Under the pieces are notes generated by a model, which had not been told where the DNA came from, did not search any database, and worked only from the letters and a program-made list of their open reading frames with translations. A stretch of 64,000 nucleotides of DNA, taken from positions 45,136,001 through 45,200,000 of the forward strand of contig NC_091286.1 of assembly GCF_032444005.1 (NCBI RefSeq), read 5' to 3'. The position numbers were made by a program, and so were the translations under genes. The DNA is from Ranitomeya imitator. Taxonomy: Eukaryota. Shown here piece after piece: positions 37,885 to 51,256 of the stretch (position 1 is the first letter of the stretch; each line of letters starts with the position of its first letter).

Positions 37885-38552
37885 TATTTGGTAAGTTGTC
37901 TACACAATTGTAACTTCTGTGAGCACATAGATTAGTATTGGGAGCAGTCTGAATTTCTGTAATGTACAATCGATAAGAGAGTCGCTTATTAATGTAATAT
38001 TATTATAAATTAATTAATGTGACTAATGTAACCTCTCTAAGGATGAGCTGATCAGACTGACCATCATTGGGAATAATAGATAACAGTTTTGTTCTGATGA
38101 TAAGAGGAATGACTGGAGCTGTTGTACTGTTCAGACAAGTAATAATCAATGCCCACCTATCTATAAATGCCCACCTCTGTATGCGGCCATAAATACAATG
38201 TCGGGAATGAGTTTCTTCGTGGCATGTGATGGCAATCGTGTCTGCTACCTTGTCATGTGAAATGGTGAAATGCTTTATTAAATTATTTGTATTCCCTGTG
38301 TGTTTGTGTTATTTTTATACTGTCATACTATAATTGTTTCTTTTATTTAGAGTCGCATAGGTGGTTATGCTCATATTCTTTACTATCTATCTATCCTCAT
38401 ATTTGCTTTTCTATTAAATCTATTATCTATTTAGTTGACAAAATCCTCAACTGCTCTTGAACCAAATCGTTGCCACCTGTTCACATGGGCCAATAAATAG
38501 ATCTTTTTTTTTTGCATGAAATTTGCTGTTGAGCGCTGCCCACTTCTTTTGC

Positions 38553-38596
<44 letters not shown>

Positions 38597-38689
38597 TATT
38601 TATCTATCCGTCTGTCTATTATTTATTTACACATCTATCGATTTATCTGTTTTTCTAGCTATCCATATTAATTACTATATGTACGTTTA

Positions 38690-38738
<49 letters not shown>

Positions 38739-39406
38739 CTCTAATACAGGATCTCAAAAATAGTCAGACCGTATTTGTAGGGCCACATATAAAGGTTATA
38801 CAAAGTCATAAATACTCTTATTCTAGTAAAACTGTGGACCCAAATAATGGAAAATATAATTACAGCAGAATTCTATGTATTCATTAACTATATTACTATA
38901 GTCTATATTCGTAGAAACATTATTATTTTTAATATTTATAAAACAAAACGTCCACATCTAAGAGATAATAGAGTGGAGGTGACAAAAACTCCATCTTCAC
39001 CATAGGCCTTGAAATCACCCAAGAAGCAATAAAAGCCCAGTTGTAAACATATCACATCCATGTCTGTACACCAGTGTTATGAATGCTCTGCCTCTGTGGG
39101 CTGAGAGCTTAGTTGATTATGATAATGACCATTTAATTATATGTTTGCTATCTGACCTGACACCGAGCAGTTCATGTCCATCATCATTACACATGTCATG
39201 GTGGAGGAGTTATGTTGCCCTCCAGTGAGAAGGAGCTGGTGCCTAATGAGGTGAGTGGGTGAGTGTGGATGTGGATGTGGTGTCTGTGTGTGACAGGTAC
39301 ACGATATCATGGTGACACTCTGTGATAGGCATTGGGGACATATTTTAGTGCCTATCACACCTTTTAAAGGGACACTAAAATAACAGAAAAATCAATAAAA
39401 TACAAA

Positions 39407-39467
<61 letters not shown>

Positions 39468-39777
39468 GCATAACATTTGTAGAGNNNNNNNNNNNNNNNN
39501 NNNNNNNNNNNNNNNNNNNNNNNNNNNNNNNNNNNNNNNNNNNNNNNNNNNNNNNNNNNNNNNNNNNNNNNNNNNNNNNNNNNNNNNNNNNNNNNNNNNN
39601 NNNNNNNNNNNNNNNNNNNNNNNNNATTTTTCTATAAATTTTCTGAAAAGAGATAAACAAGTTTAATAAATATATATGTATATGCATATATAGGCCGACT
39701 ATTTTTCAGTGAGTTACAGATAACATGATCTACAGTTATAACAGTTGTATAACTCACTGAAAAATAGTTGGTATATG

Positions 39778-39857
<80 letters not shown>

Positions 39858-40019
39858 GTCCCCTTAATTGCATCCAAAGTGTAAATGACCCTTGCATTGT
39901 TATAGGTTGTCTTTTCTGTGGTTGTATTTAATCAAAATCTGATCTCAACACTTGGATTATTGCTATACCAAAGGTAAATGATTTTTTTGTGTTGCTCACT
40001 CTGGAGCTCACCCAGGACA

Positions 40020-40625
40020 CCGTCAGCTCTGCTACATCTGACATCAGCTCTGCTACATCTGACATCAGCTCTGCTACATCTAACCTTAGCTCTGCTACAT
40101 CTGACATCAGCTCTGCTACATCTGACCTCAGCTCTGCTACATCTCCCATCAGCTCTGCTACATTTAACCTTAGCTCTGTTACATCTAACCTCAGCTCTGG
40201 TACATCTAACATCATCTCTGCTACATCTAACCTCAGCCTGCTACATCTAACCTCAGCTCTGCTAGATCTAACCTCAGCTCTGCTACATCTAACCTCAGCT
40301 CTGCTACATCTAACATCCGCTCTGCTACATCTAACCTCAGCTCTGCTACATCTGACATCAGCTCTGGTACCTCTGACATCAGCTCTGCTAAATCTAACCT
40401 CAGCTCTGGTACCTCTAACCACAGCTCTGCTACATCTGACATCAGCTCTGCTACATCTAACCTCAGCTCTGCTACCTCTAACCTCAGCTCTGGTACCTCT
40501 AACCACAGCTCTGCTACATCTGACATCAGCTCTGCTACATCTGACATCAGCTCTGCTACCTCTAACCTCAGCTCTGGTACCTCTAACCACAGCTCTGCTA
40601 CATCTGACCTCAGCTCTGCTACCTC
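40020..40625. repeat. 21 bp minisatellite in six2 intron (CTGCTACATCTAACCTCAGCT)n
   Basis: About 29 units ending about 90 bp from the exon 1 donor. Confidence 0.95.
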
Positions 40626-40711
40626 TAATGTTGCAGTGTGGAGTGTGACTGTTCCCAGTGATCACACCGTGAATCCCAGGAGCATGTCTTATTAGGAGAA
40701 GGCTGTACTTA

Positions 40712-41347
<636 letters not shown>

Positions 41348-41439
41348 TCAGTCCCAGGCCACATCCATGGAGCCTCCTCTCCAGGGGCTCAGAACTTTCT
41401 GTCCCGGGGAAGGTTGCGGATCCCTCAGCCTGCACACCA

Positions 41440-41760
41440 TGGAGCTCCGCACTCTGCTCACCCGCCGTCCTCCTGCCTTGTTTCCTAATCATATTATTCT
41501 AAACTGGCATGAAAAATGATTGTGCGCCTCGTGATTGGCTGGATACCTGACCCGGGGACTGCAAGGAGAAGACAACAGTTTTAGTCAAATTATTCGCCAT
41601 GGCAACCCTGTCAATCACAGGGAACTCGATCTGCCCGGAGGAGGCTCCCCTCCACTGAGAGGCGGCCTGAAATATGAGGGGAACACAGGGAAGAAGGGTC
41701 TGGGGAGGGGGTGGTGTAAGGCTGGAGGGAGGGGGCTGTGACCCTGCAATGTCAGGTCCA
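41440..41760 (-). promoter_or_regulatory. Probable six2 proximal promoter / 5' UTR region
   Basis: Unique sequence immediately 5' of the ATG, with a CCAAT box (ATTGG at 41534-41538), a Six/MEF3-like TCAGGTATCC on the minus strand (41541-41550) and an RFX X-box-like TTCGCCATGGCAAC (41593-41606). TSS not determinable from sequence. Confidence 0.6.
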
Positions 41761-41796
41761 CACAGCAGCAGCAGCAGCAGCCTGCTCCCCTCAGTG

Positions 41797-42099
41797 CAGG
41801 GGATGGATGCTGCCCCCCAGGGGATGGATGCTGCCCCCCAGGGGATGGATGCTGCCCCCCAGGGGATGGATGCTGCCCCCCAGGGGATGGATGCTGCCCC
41901 CCAGGGGATGGATGCTCCCCTCAGTGCAGGGGATGGATGCTGCCCCCCAGGGGATGGATGCTGCCCCCCAGGGGATGGATGCTGCCCCCCAGGGGATGGA
42001 TGCTCCCCTCAGTGCAGGGGATGGATGCTGCCCCCCAGGGGATGGATGCTGCCCCCCAGGGGATGGATGCTGCCCCCCAGGGGATGGATGCTGCCCCCC
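41797..42099. repeat. 21 bp GC-rich minisatellite upstream of six2 (CAGGGGATGGATGCTGCCCCC)n
   Basis: 14 units arranged 5+v+3+v+4, where v is a 25 bp variant; preceded by (CAG)6 at 41763-41780. Confidence 0.95.
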
Positions 42100-42364
42100 T
42101 GGGCTGAGCTCAGGACACACTGGAGGTGATTGCAGGCTTTGTAGTAATGTTAGGTTTACCCTGGGCTGCTGCTGGATCCGGGGGGAGAGGGAGAAAGTGT
42201 AGATTTCAGGGACCATCTCAAGAGCTGCAAAACTGAATACATTTCCTGTTACAAAAAATATAGTTCTAAAAAAAAAATTTGCAAAAATGTCTCACCCTAG
42301 CGACGCATGGTTATAAATTTCTTACAATACAAGGAATTGATATGGTAGTTATAGAATGCTAACT

Positions 42365-44220
42365 AACAAATCATCCCCTAACTATAAAACAGGGGACACA
42401 AAAATAACAAGTTACCCCCTAACCATAAGACGGGACACACAAATAGTAAGTCATCCTCTAACCATAAGATAGAAGACACCAAAATAACAAGTTACCCCCT
42501 AACCATAAGACAGGGGACACCAAAATAGCAAATCATCCCCTAACCATAAGATAGAGGACACCAAAATAATAAGTCATCCCCTAACCATAAGACAGGGGAC
42601 ACCAAAATAACAAGTTACCCCCTAACCATAAGACAAGGGGACACAAAAATAACAAGCTATCCTCTAACCATAAGAAATGGGACACCAAAATAGCAATGTA
42701 TCCCCTAACAATAAGACAGGGGACACCTAAATAACAAGCTATCCCCTAACCATAAGACAGGGAACACCAAAATAGCAAATCATCCCCTAACCATTAAACA
42801 GGGGACACCAAAATAACAAGTTATCCCATAACCATAAGACAGGGAACAGCAAAATAGCAAGTTATCCCCTAACCATAAGACAGGGGACACCAAAATAACA
42901 AGCTATCCTTTAACCATAAGAAATGGGACACCAAAATAGCAATGTATCCCCTAACCATAAGATAAGGGACACAAAAATACCAAGTTATCCTCTAACCATA
43001 AGATAGAGGACACCAAAATAATAAGTCATCCTCTAACCATAAGATAGAGGACACCAAAATAACAAGTTACCCCCTAACCATAAGACAGGGAACACCAAAA
43101 TAGCAAATCATCCCCTAACCATAAGATAGAGGACACCAAAATAGCAAGTTATCCCCTAACCATAAGATAGAGGACACCAAAATAGCAAGTTATCCCCTAA
43201 CCATAAGACAGGGGACACCAAAATAGCAAGTTATCCCCTAACCATAAGATAGAGGACACCAAAATAACAAGCTATCCCCTAACCATAAGACACGGGACAC
43301 CAAAATAACAAGCTATCCCCTAACCATAAGACAGGGGACACCAAAATAACAAGTTACCCCCTAACCATAAGACAGGGGACACCAAAATAGCAAATCATCC
43401 CCTAACCATAAGACAGGGGACACCAAAATAAAAAGTTATCCCCTAACCATAAGACAGGGAACACCAAAATAGTAAGGTATCCCCTAACCATAAGACAAGG
43501 GGACACAAAAATACCAAGTTATGCCCTAACCATTAGACACGGGACACAAAAATACCAAGTTATCCCCTAACCATAAGACAGGGGACACCAAAATAACAAG
43601 TTATCCCCTAACCATAACACAGGGGACACCAAAATAACAAGTTACCCCCTAACCATAAGACAGAGGACACCAAAATAACAAGTTATCCCCTAACCATAAC
43701 ACAGGGGACACCAAAATAACAAGTTATCCCCTAACCATAAGACAGGGGACACCAAAATAACAAGTTACCCCCTAACCATAAGACAGAGGACACCAAAATA
43801 ACAAGTTATCCCCTAACCATAAGACAGGGGACACCAAAATAACAAGTTATCCCCTAACCATAAGACAGGGAACACCAAAATAACAAGTTATCCCTTAACC
43901 ATAAGACAGGGGGCACAAAAATAACAAGGTGTCCCCTAACCATAAGACAGGGGACACCAAAATAACAAGTTATCCCCTAACCATAAGACAGGGAACACCA
44001 AAATAACAAGTTATCCCCTAACCATAAGACAAGGGGCACAAAAATAACAAGGTGTCCCCTAACCATAAGACAGGGAACACCAAAATAACAAGGTGTCCCC
44101 TAACCATAAGACAGGGAACACCAAAATAACAAGGTGTCCCCTAACCATAAGACAAGGGACACCAAAATAACAAGTTATCCCCTAACCATAAGACAGGGGA
44201 CACAAAAATAGCAAGTTATC
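42365..44220. repeat. 41 bp minisatellite (CCATAAGACAGGGGACACCAAAATAACAAGTTATCCCCTAA)n
   Basis: About 45 tandem units, more diverged at the left end. Confidence 0.95.
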
Positions 44221-44498
44221 GATAGGATAAGAAATAACTTGCTGATCGTTTGGAGAGGGGGTTGGGGGGTGGGGTCTGACTACTGGGACCCTCAGATATT
44301 CTAAGAATGGACCTCTGGAACTCCAAAACCGAGGTTCTGCAGCCCCATTTTTAATGGATCGGATGTGCACATGCTCAACCTCCATTCATTGTTTATAGGA
44401 CAGGAGAAAGTGGAGTAACTTCCAGTTTGGTAAAACCCCCCAAAATAACACATTTATGATCTAGAAAACGTCACAAAATGTTGTTAAGAAATGTCTCA

Positions 44499-45608
44499 GG
44501 GTATGTTCACACGTTCCTGATTTCCATTCTTTTTTTTTCAGGACTGAAACCGCAGCTCTTTGCAGAAAACGCAGGTCCTTTTTTTGGTGCTTTTTTGGTG
44601 CGTTTTTTGATGCGTTTTTTGATGCTTTTTTTATGCAGTTTTCTATGCAGAGTCTGTGTGTTTTCTAGTAAGTTTTTTAGGGTTNNNNNNNNNNNNNNNN
44701 NNNNNNNNNNNNNNNNNNNNNNNNNNNNNNNNNNNNNNNNNNNNNNNNNNNNNNNNNNNNNNNNNNNNNNNNNNNNNNNNNNNNNNNNNNNNNNNNNNNN
44801 NNNNNNNNNNNNNNNNNNNNNNNNNNNNNNNNNNNNNNNNNNNNNNNNNNNNNNNNNNNNNNNNNNNNNNNNNNNNNNNNNNNNNNNNNNNNNNNNNNNN
44901 NNCCTATGGGGGTGACAAAGGGGGGGGGGTGTCATTTACTATTTTTTTTATTTTGATCACTGAGATAGGTTATATCTCAGTGATCAAAATGCACTTTGGA
45001 ACGAATCTGCCAGCCGGCAGATTCGGCGGGCGCACTGCGTATGCGCCCGCCATTTTGCAAGATGGCGGCGCCCAGGGAGAAGACGGCCGGACGGACACCG
45101 GGAGGCCAGGTAAGTATAAGAGGGGGAGATTAGGGCACGGGGGGGGGGCATCGGAGCACGGGGGGGGGCACCGGAGCACGGGGGAGGGGGGCATCGGAGC
45201 ACGGGGGGGCATCGGAGCATGGGGGGGTGGGATCGGGGCAGCCACACTCCGCCCACGCACTTCCGCCCGCTTCCCCGCACTTCCTGCTGCAGCGATTCGG
45301 CACCACAAACCGCAATAAAACCCGCAGATATATTTTTGATCTGCGGGTTTTACTGCGGGTTTGACCTCACAATGGAGGTCTATGGGTGCAGAACCGCTGC
45401 GGCTCCGAAAAAAGAAGTGACATGGTACTTCTTTTTTACCGCGGCTATTCAGCGCGGCTTTTTTTCCCGATTTCCGCATCATGTGCACAGTGGTTCCTGT
45501 TTTCCATAGGGTACAGTGTACTGTACCCTGCATGGAAAACAGCTGCGGAACCGCAGCAGCAAAAACGCTGCAGTTCCGCAGAAAAAAACGCACTGTGTGA
45601 ACATGGCC
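44499..45608. mobile_element. Non-autonomous DNA transposon (PIF/Harbinger-like TIR), spans a gap
   Basis: GGGTATGTTCACAC...GTGTGAACATGGCC (12/14 TIR match), GC-rich interior; TSD not matching. Confidence 0.55.
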
Positions 45609-45658
45609 TTGTACATATGTAATGTATATATGAATTATTTGCAAAGGTTACTGTTTAA

Positions 45659-45960
45659 AGGGAATCTGTCTCCATGTTTTTGCCATATAATCTGAAAGCA
45701 GTGAAAAGTAGGGGCAGAGACCCTGAGTCCAGCGATGTGTCACTCTCTGGAATGCTTGATGTAGTTTTGATATAATCGCAGTTTTATCAGCAGGAGATTA
45801 TCACTAGAGGACTATTAAGCCTTTCGCCAAATAGTCCTCCATATTCATGAGCTCTGTGTAACCCTGCTCCCACAACTGATTGCCCGCTTTCTGCCTATGC
45901 ACAGTGTACACACAAAGCCAATCAGTGGCATGGGCGGGGTTATGCACAGCTCAGTATTCA
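45659..45960 (+). mobile_element. T2/Kolobok-type MITE, left portion
   Basis: TTAA|AGGGAATCTGTC start; homologous to reverse complement of 3400-3596; right end not located. Confidence 0.5.
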
Positions 45961-47805
45961 GAGAACTGCTAGACAGGGATTTTAGCAGCACTGCAACAAT
46001 CAGCCCAGTAATTGATACATCGAAGGAATCGGGGTCTCTTCCCCTACAGTATTGCTTCTGTCTCATGAGAGAGCAAAAGCCAGATGGACGAAAAATGGGG
46101 AAAGATTCCGGCACTACCATCCAGGGATTTTTTCCCCCAGGGCTTTTTCAGTGATTTTTTCCTATATCGCCTGCCCAACGTTTCCATCCTGCCTAACATT
46201 TACTCTCTATCCATGATTTAGAGCCAGCAGAGTTCTCAGTGTCTTTCCTTCTCAGTAACAGTATATGCGTTACATTCAGGGAATCTCCGCGTACCCGGGG
46301 CCAAGGACTAACCTGACATGCTGACAGATGTACACATGACCCCAGTAACAGCCAGCTGGAAACCCCCCGAACTCAAGAGAGCAGAAGATTCAATAATGGT
46401 ATAAAGATAAACAACCTATAAACCGTCCTTATCTACAGCTTAGGAGTTGTTTTCTGTATACTGGGAATATCCTGCACTCCTGGGCAAACATATACATAGA
46501 AAATTAAGCAAAATAAATAACAAAAAATGTTCTGCCTTAGGTCCATGATGGAAGAATTACGAAAAAATAACAAATAAATAGCCAAATAAATAATATAAGC
46601 CAAATAAATACCACTTTTATTATGGAGCTGATGAAACACTAGTTTAGTTAGGCCGAGTGTGGTTTATCCATTGCATTCTGATCAGGGTTTTTTTTTAATG
46701 TCTAACTGATGTGTTGTCATCTGGCTTTTTCTCGAATGCAAAATTAGGGAGCAGGATTAAAAAATGCAACTTGTTGTGTTTCCTGGTCCGGCTTCTTCAA
46801 GGGTTTGATGCCACCACTGATGGTACGGTGTGAACGGATCCATAGCAAAGTATGGGATCAGTTCTTGCATCACTTTCCCTTTGGTATTTCATTGCCACGG
46901 CAGAGGGTGAAAAAAAGATGTCAGTAGGGTGAAATGATGCCTTAGATGTCAATGTCAAGATGGATCGAAATGTATGGCCTAATATCAGTGGTAAGTCTGG
47001 ATCCATCTAACCACAAGTGAAACATAACTAAGCATTTCAGGAAAATATGTTCAAACTAAATTGGTTCTGATGGATCTAAGATATAGATCCACCATAAATA
47101 CATATCTAAAAGCTTTTTTTTTACACCTTAAAACTTAGGCCCCGATTTATGATGATCAGCGATCTACCCGCCGGGCTAGATGAGGGGGCAAAATCGAGTG
47201 CGAGGCTCCAGATCCATTAGGAGGAGCACGTGTGTTAATGAATCAGGTGTGTCGTGCGCCTCCATGTCTAGCGAATGTCAATGCCAATTGTCTTGCCCCC
47301 ATCCTACCACAGCTCCACACACTTTGTTCGATCTGGGCCGAAAATGGCATAGCAAAATTTTAGTTTATTAGTTGCCTGATTTTTCATGTGTATAATTTCT
47401 GATATTTATGTCTACCCCGATTCTTCAGCTTACTTTAACTTTGTAGAGAAAAAAAAATGTTTATTATCTAAAAAGCATCTTTAAAAAATATCTTTATAGA
47501 CATCTCTATTTAGTTCTTTGAGTGCACAAGGGTGTATTTGTTTGAATAGGCTGTGCGTCTGATTAGCTTACTAATTGACCATTCAGGAATTAGGGCATTG
47601 CATGGGGACCCATGGACCAGTAGTAAGTTGAAAGTGATATGTACTACTTAATTGAAAGGTATTAATCCTAACCAAGGGTATTGTGGTGTTAGTTAGCAAG
47701 AGGACCATGATAATTAATGTCAGGGCGGCAAAATCAGTTTTAGACTGTCCCTAGTCCTAGCAATACCAGATCGCACTTACTCTTGTGTTTAGTATTTAGT
47801 ATATG

Positions 47806-48092
47806 CAGACTCGGACTGGCCCACAGGGTAACAGGGGAGTCCCCCGGTGGGCCCCTGTGTATATCTGGGCCCCCAACCCCACTGTATGGACAGTACTTGC
47901 CATAATTCACTTGATTCACTCTGTACAGAAAAAAGCAGCATCTCATTCATTAATCACGCTTCCCAGTTTATTATTATATAGAGATATAGGTAAATTTGTG
48001 AACGAAGGTAGTATAATATTTGTATGCAGGTGAAAAGTGGCCCCCCAAAGTCAGTGTTACTGGAGGGCCCTTGTCACCCTAGTCTGACACTG
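47806..48092. mobile_element. hAT-like MITE
   Basis: CAGACTCGGACTGG...CTAGTCTGACACTG imperfect TIRs and perfect 8 bp TSD AGTATATG. Confidence 0.8.
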
Positions 48093-48214
48093 AGTATATG
48101 TGTTCCATTTTACATAGGTCAGTAAAAGTGAAGATGGACTATATACATACACTATATGGATAATGCTAGGAGGTGTTCTTCAGGGGTCGGCCTAAGCCAA
48201 TTACTGCCAATGAA

Positions 48215-48480
48215 GGGAAATCTTAATACTTCAGCATACAAGACATTTTGAACAATTGCAGCTTCCAGCTTTGTGGGAACAGTTTGGGGATGGGCCTTTT
48301 CTGCCCCCCCCATGATTGTGCCCAATCATATTGGGAGAGTTTGGTGCGAAAGAACATGGCCAGCCACATGGACCTCCATCACATCCAACACCTTTGGGAT
48401 GAACTAGAATAGAGATTGTGAGCCGGCCTCTCCCAAACATCAGTGTCTGACCTCACTAATGCTCTAGACACCTCCAAAAC
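48215..48480 (+). mobile_element. Degraded Tc1 transposase C-terminal fragment
   Basis: Segments translate to LPALWEQFGDGPFL and IQHLWDELE*RL, with stops and deletions. Confidence 0.65.
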
Positions 48481-48655
48481 TTCGCACATCTCTATGACAC
48501 AGGAAAATAAAATCTGGATATGTGCCATAAGGACAAGTTCCAACTTCCTCTCACAGGACTCTGCCAATTACCTTTGTCACTGAGAAAGTCACATATTTTT
48601 GTGCAAATGTCATACACCAATAAAGAAGTGTAAATACCTCCTAATATTTATTTTC

Positions 48656-48686
<31 letters not shown>

Positions 48687-48687
<1 letters not shown>

Positions 48688-48953
48688 CTATATATATATA
48701 TATTTATAATTGTCTAAGGGTTTTTCCGTCTGTCTGTCTGTCTGTCCTGGAAATCCCGCGTCTCTGCAACGGGCACAGTATCGACGTAGATGTCATAATG
48801 GTTGCCATGGCGACGATGATGTCATAAAGGTTGCGTCGACCAATCAGCGATGGGCACAGTCTGCCGCGAATTCTGGAATCATCATTGTCCATATACTACG
48901 GGGACATGCATATTCTAGAATACCCGATGCGTTAGAATCGGGCCACAATCTAG
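48687..48953 (+). mobile_element. Non-autonomous Helitron (267 bp), same family as 8787-10023
   Basis: A|TCTATATA...AATTGTCTAAGGG...CCCGATGCGTTAGAATCGGGCCACAATCTAG|T. Confidence 0.8.
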
Positions 48954-50069
48954 TTATTAATAATTTATGTAGCATCATTAATTCCATGGTGCTGTACATG
49001 AGACGGGGTTACATCAAAATACAAATATCATTTATAGTAAACAAAACTAACAATAACAGACTGGTACAAAGGGGAGATGACCCTGCCCTTGCGGGCTTAG
49101 ATTCTACAGGATTATGGGGAAGGAGAAAGTAGGTCGGGGGTTGCAGTAGCTCCAATCGTGTTGAGGTGGCCGTGTGGTCATTACAGGTTGTAAGCTTTTT
49201 TGAAGAGGTGGGTTTTCAGGTTCAGTTTGAAGGATCCAAATGTGGTGGATAAACGGATGTGTTGAGGGCACTGAATTCCAGAAGATGGGGGATATTTGGG
49301 AGAAATCTCAGAGGCGATTGGGTGAGGAGCGAATAAGCGCAGAGGAGAGAAGGAGGTCTTGGGAGGACCGGAGATTACGTGAGGGAAGATATTGAGAGAT
49401 TAGTTCGGAAATGCACGGAGGAGAAAGGTTATGGATGGCTTTGCTGCTCAGTGTTAGTAGTTTAAACTGGATAAGCTGGGAAATTGGGAACCAGTGAAGG
49501 GATTTGCAAAGAGGGGAAGCAGGAGTGTAGCTAGGGGAGAGATTAATTAGCTGGGCAGCAGAGTTAAGGAGGGACTGGAGAGGTGTGAGAGTGTTAGAAG
49601 GTAGGCCACAGAGGAGGATGTTGCAGTAGTCAAGGTGGGAGATGATTAGGGGCCGGGCATGCACAAGCAGGACAGGGCAGAGTCCAGGGTTACTCCGAGG
49701 CAGCAGATTTCCGGGACAAAGGAAAGTGTGATTTCATTTATTTCAATAGATAGATCAGGTAGGGAAGATATGCGAGATGGAGGAAAGATAATTAGTTCAG
49801 ATTTGTCCACATTGAGCTTGAGGAGTAGAAGGAGGATATGGCTGATAGACACTCTGGGATTCTGGACAGCAGAGAGGTGACATCTGGGCCAAAGAGGTAG
49901 ATCTGAGTGTCATTGGCATATAGATGGTACTGGAAGCCATAGGACTTTATGAGTTGTCCCAGGCCAAGGGTATAGATTGAGAAGAGAAGGAGTCCTAGGA
50001 CAGAGCCGTGAGGGACACCAACAGAGAGAGGGCGAGATGAAGAGGTAGTATGAGAGTAGGAAACTCTAA

Positions 50070-50483
50070 GGCCTCTTTCACATTTCCGTCGGTACGGGCC
50101 CGTCGCAATGCGTCGGGCCGACTTACTGACGGACGTTGTGAAATAACTGCACGACGGCAGTGGATGCAGTTTTTCAACACATCCGCTGCCCATTCTGCAG
50201 TCCGGGGAGGAGTGGGCGGAGTTTCGGCCGTGCATGCGCGACCGCAAATGGCGGACACAACGCACAAAAAAAGTTACAATGAACTTTTTTTGTGCGTCGC
50301 ATCAGCCAAAACATGATGGATCCGTCGCACTACGGATGCGACGTGTGCCCATCCGTCGCGATCCGTCGCTAATACAAGTCTATGGGCAAAAACCGCATCC
50401 TGCAAGCACATTTGCAGGATCCGTTTTTTGCCCATAACGACGGATTGCGACGGAGGACAAAAGACGGAAGTGTGAAAGAGGCC
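50070..50483. mobile_element. PIF/Harbinger-like MITE inserted in L2
   Basis: TAA|GGCCTCTTTCACA...TGTGAAAGAGGCC|TAA; L2 RT homology resumes on both sides. Confidence 0.88.
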
Positions 50484-51218
50484 TAAATGTGCGGTTGGTA
50501 AGGTGTGAGGAGACCCAAGATAGGGCGAAACCAAAGGAAGAGAGGATCTGTAGTAGGAGGCAGTGGTCAACTGTGTCTACAGATTTATGATCATTAACAC
50601 CAAAATGACATACTTGATCAATCCCCTTTAACGAGTAACGTTTTTTGTCGAGCGAGCAGTCCACGGAAAATCTCAGATTATCTGACCAAAATCAGTAATG
50701 CAAGTCTGTCTGTCCGTGAAAAAAATCAGACCGCACTCAGATGGCATCCGAATTGGTTCTGATTTTCACAGACTGTCACACAGTAGAAGGCGGAGAAACC
50801 TTTTTTTTCTCCTTACATACAGTACAAGTAAAACGGATGATGCACGGACCTCACTCTGATCAACCTCTGATCAAAACAACAAATCCGTTTTTCTCATACG
50901 TGAGAAAAAAATCGTACGTCTGAATGAGACATAACTCTGCAGGAGACTGTTCTGATGAGCAGAACATTTAGAGGAGGAGACAGGTGCTGAGCCATCACTG
51001 CCATCAGCTGTACTCCAAATCAGTATGTTCTGACATCAACGCAGCTGATGGCAGAGAAGTAGATTGTGGAAAAGCCCGGGTTTGGAAGCCAATCAGGTGC
51101 ATTTTTTTTTTACAGGATTGAAGACAAATTTCCTAATAAACTAATTTTCAAAGTTTCATAGCTTGGAAAAGTACGGAAAGCATGGAAAGTTACGAAACTT
51201 TGAAAATTAGTTTATATG

Positions 51219-51256
<38 letters not shown>

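Larger units (their letters stand above)
48658..50580 (-). mobile_element. L2-type LINE, 5'-truncated and frameshifted, interrupted by a Helitron and a MITE
   Basis: RT motifs [29 protein letters not shown] (YADD-like), ISHLDYCN, LHWFPI in shifted frames; (AAT)n tail. Confidence 0.9.

Noticed and set aside
39928-40665. Long ORFs of 219-245 aa on both strands
   Set aside because: They are translations of the 21 bp intronic minisatellite (7 aa periodicity); no domain content.
41674-42216. ORFs with QGMDAAP / GDGCCPP repeats
   Set aside because: Products of the 21 bp GC-rich array; open in several frames only because the unit lacks stops.
42365-44220. CRISPR-like array (also considered for 62920-64000)
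   Set aside because: Units are head-to-tail with no unique spacers, and the context is eukaryotic.
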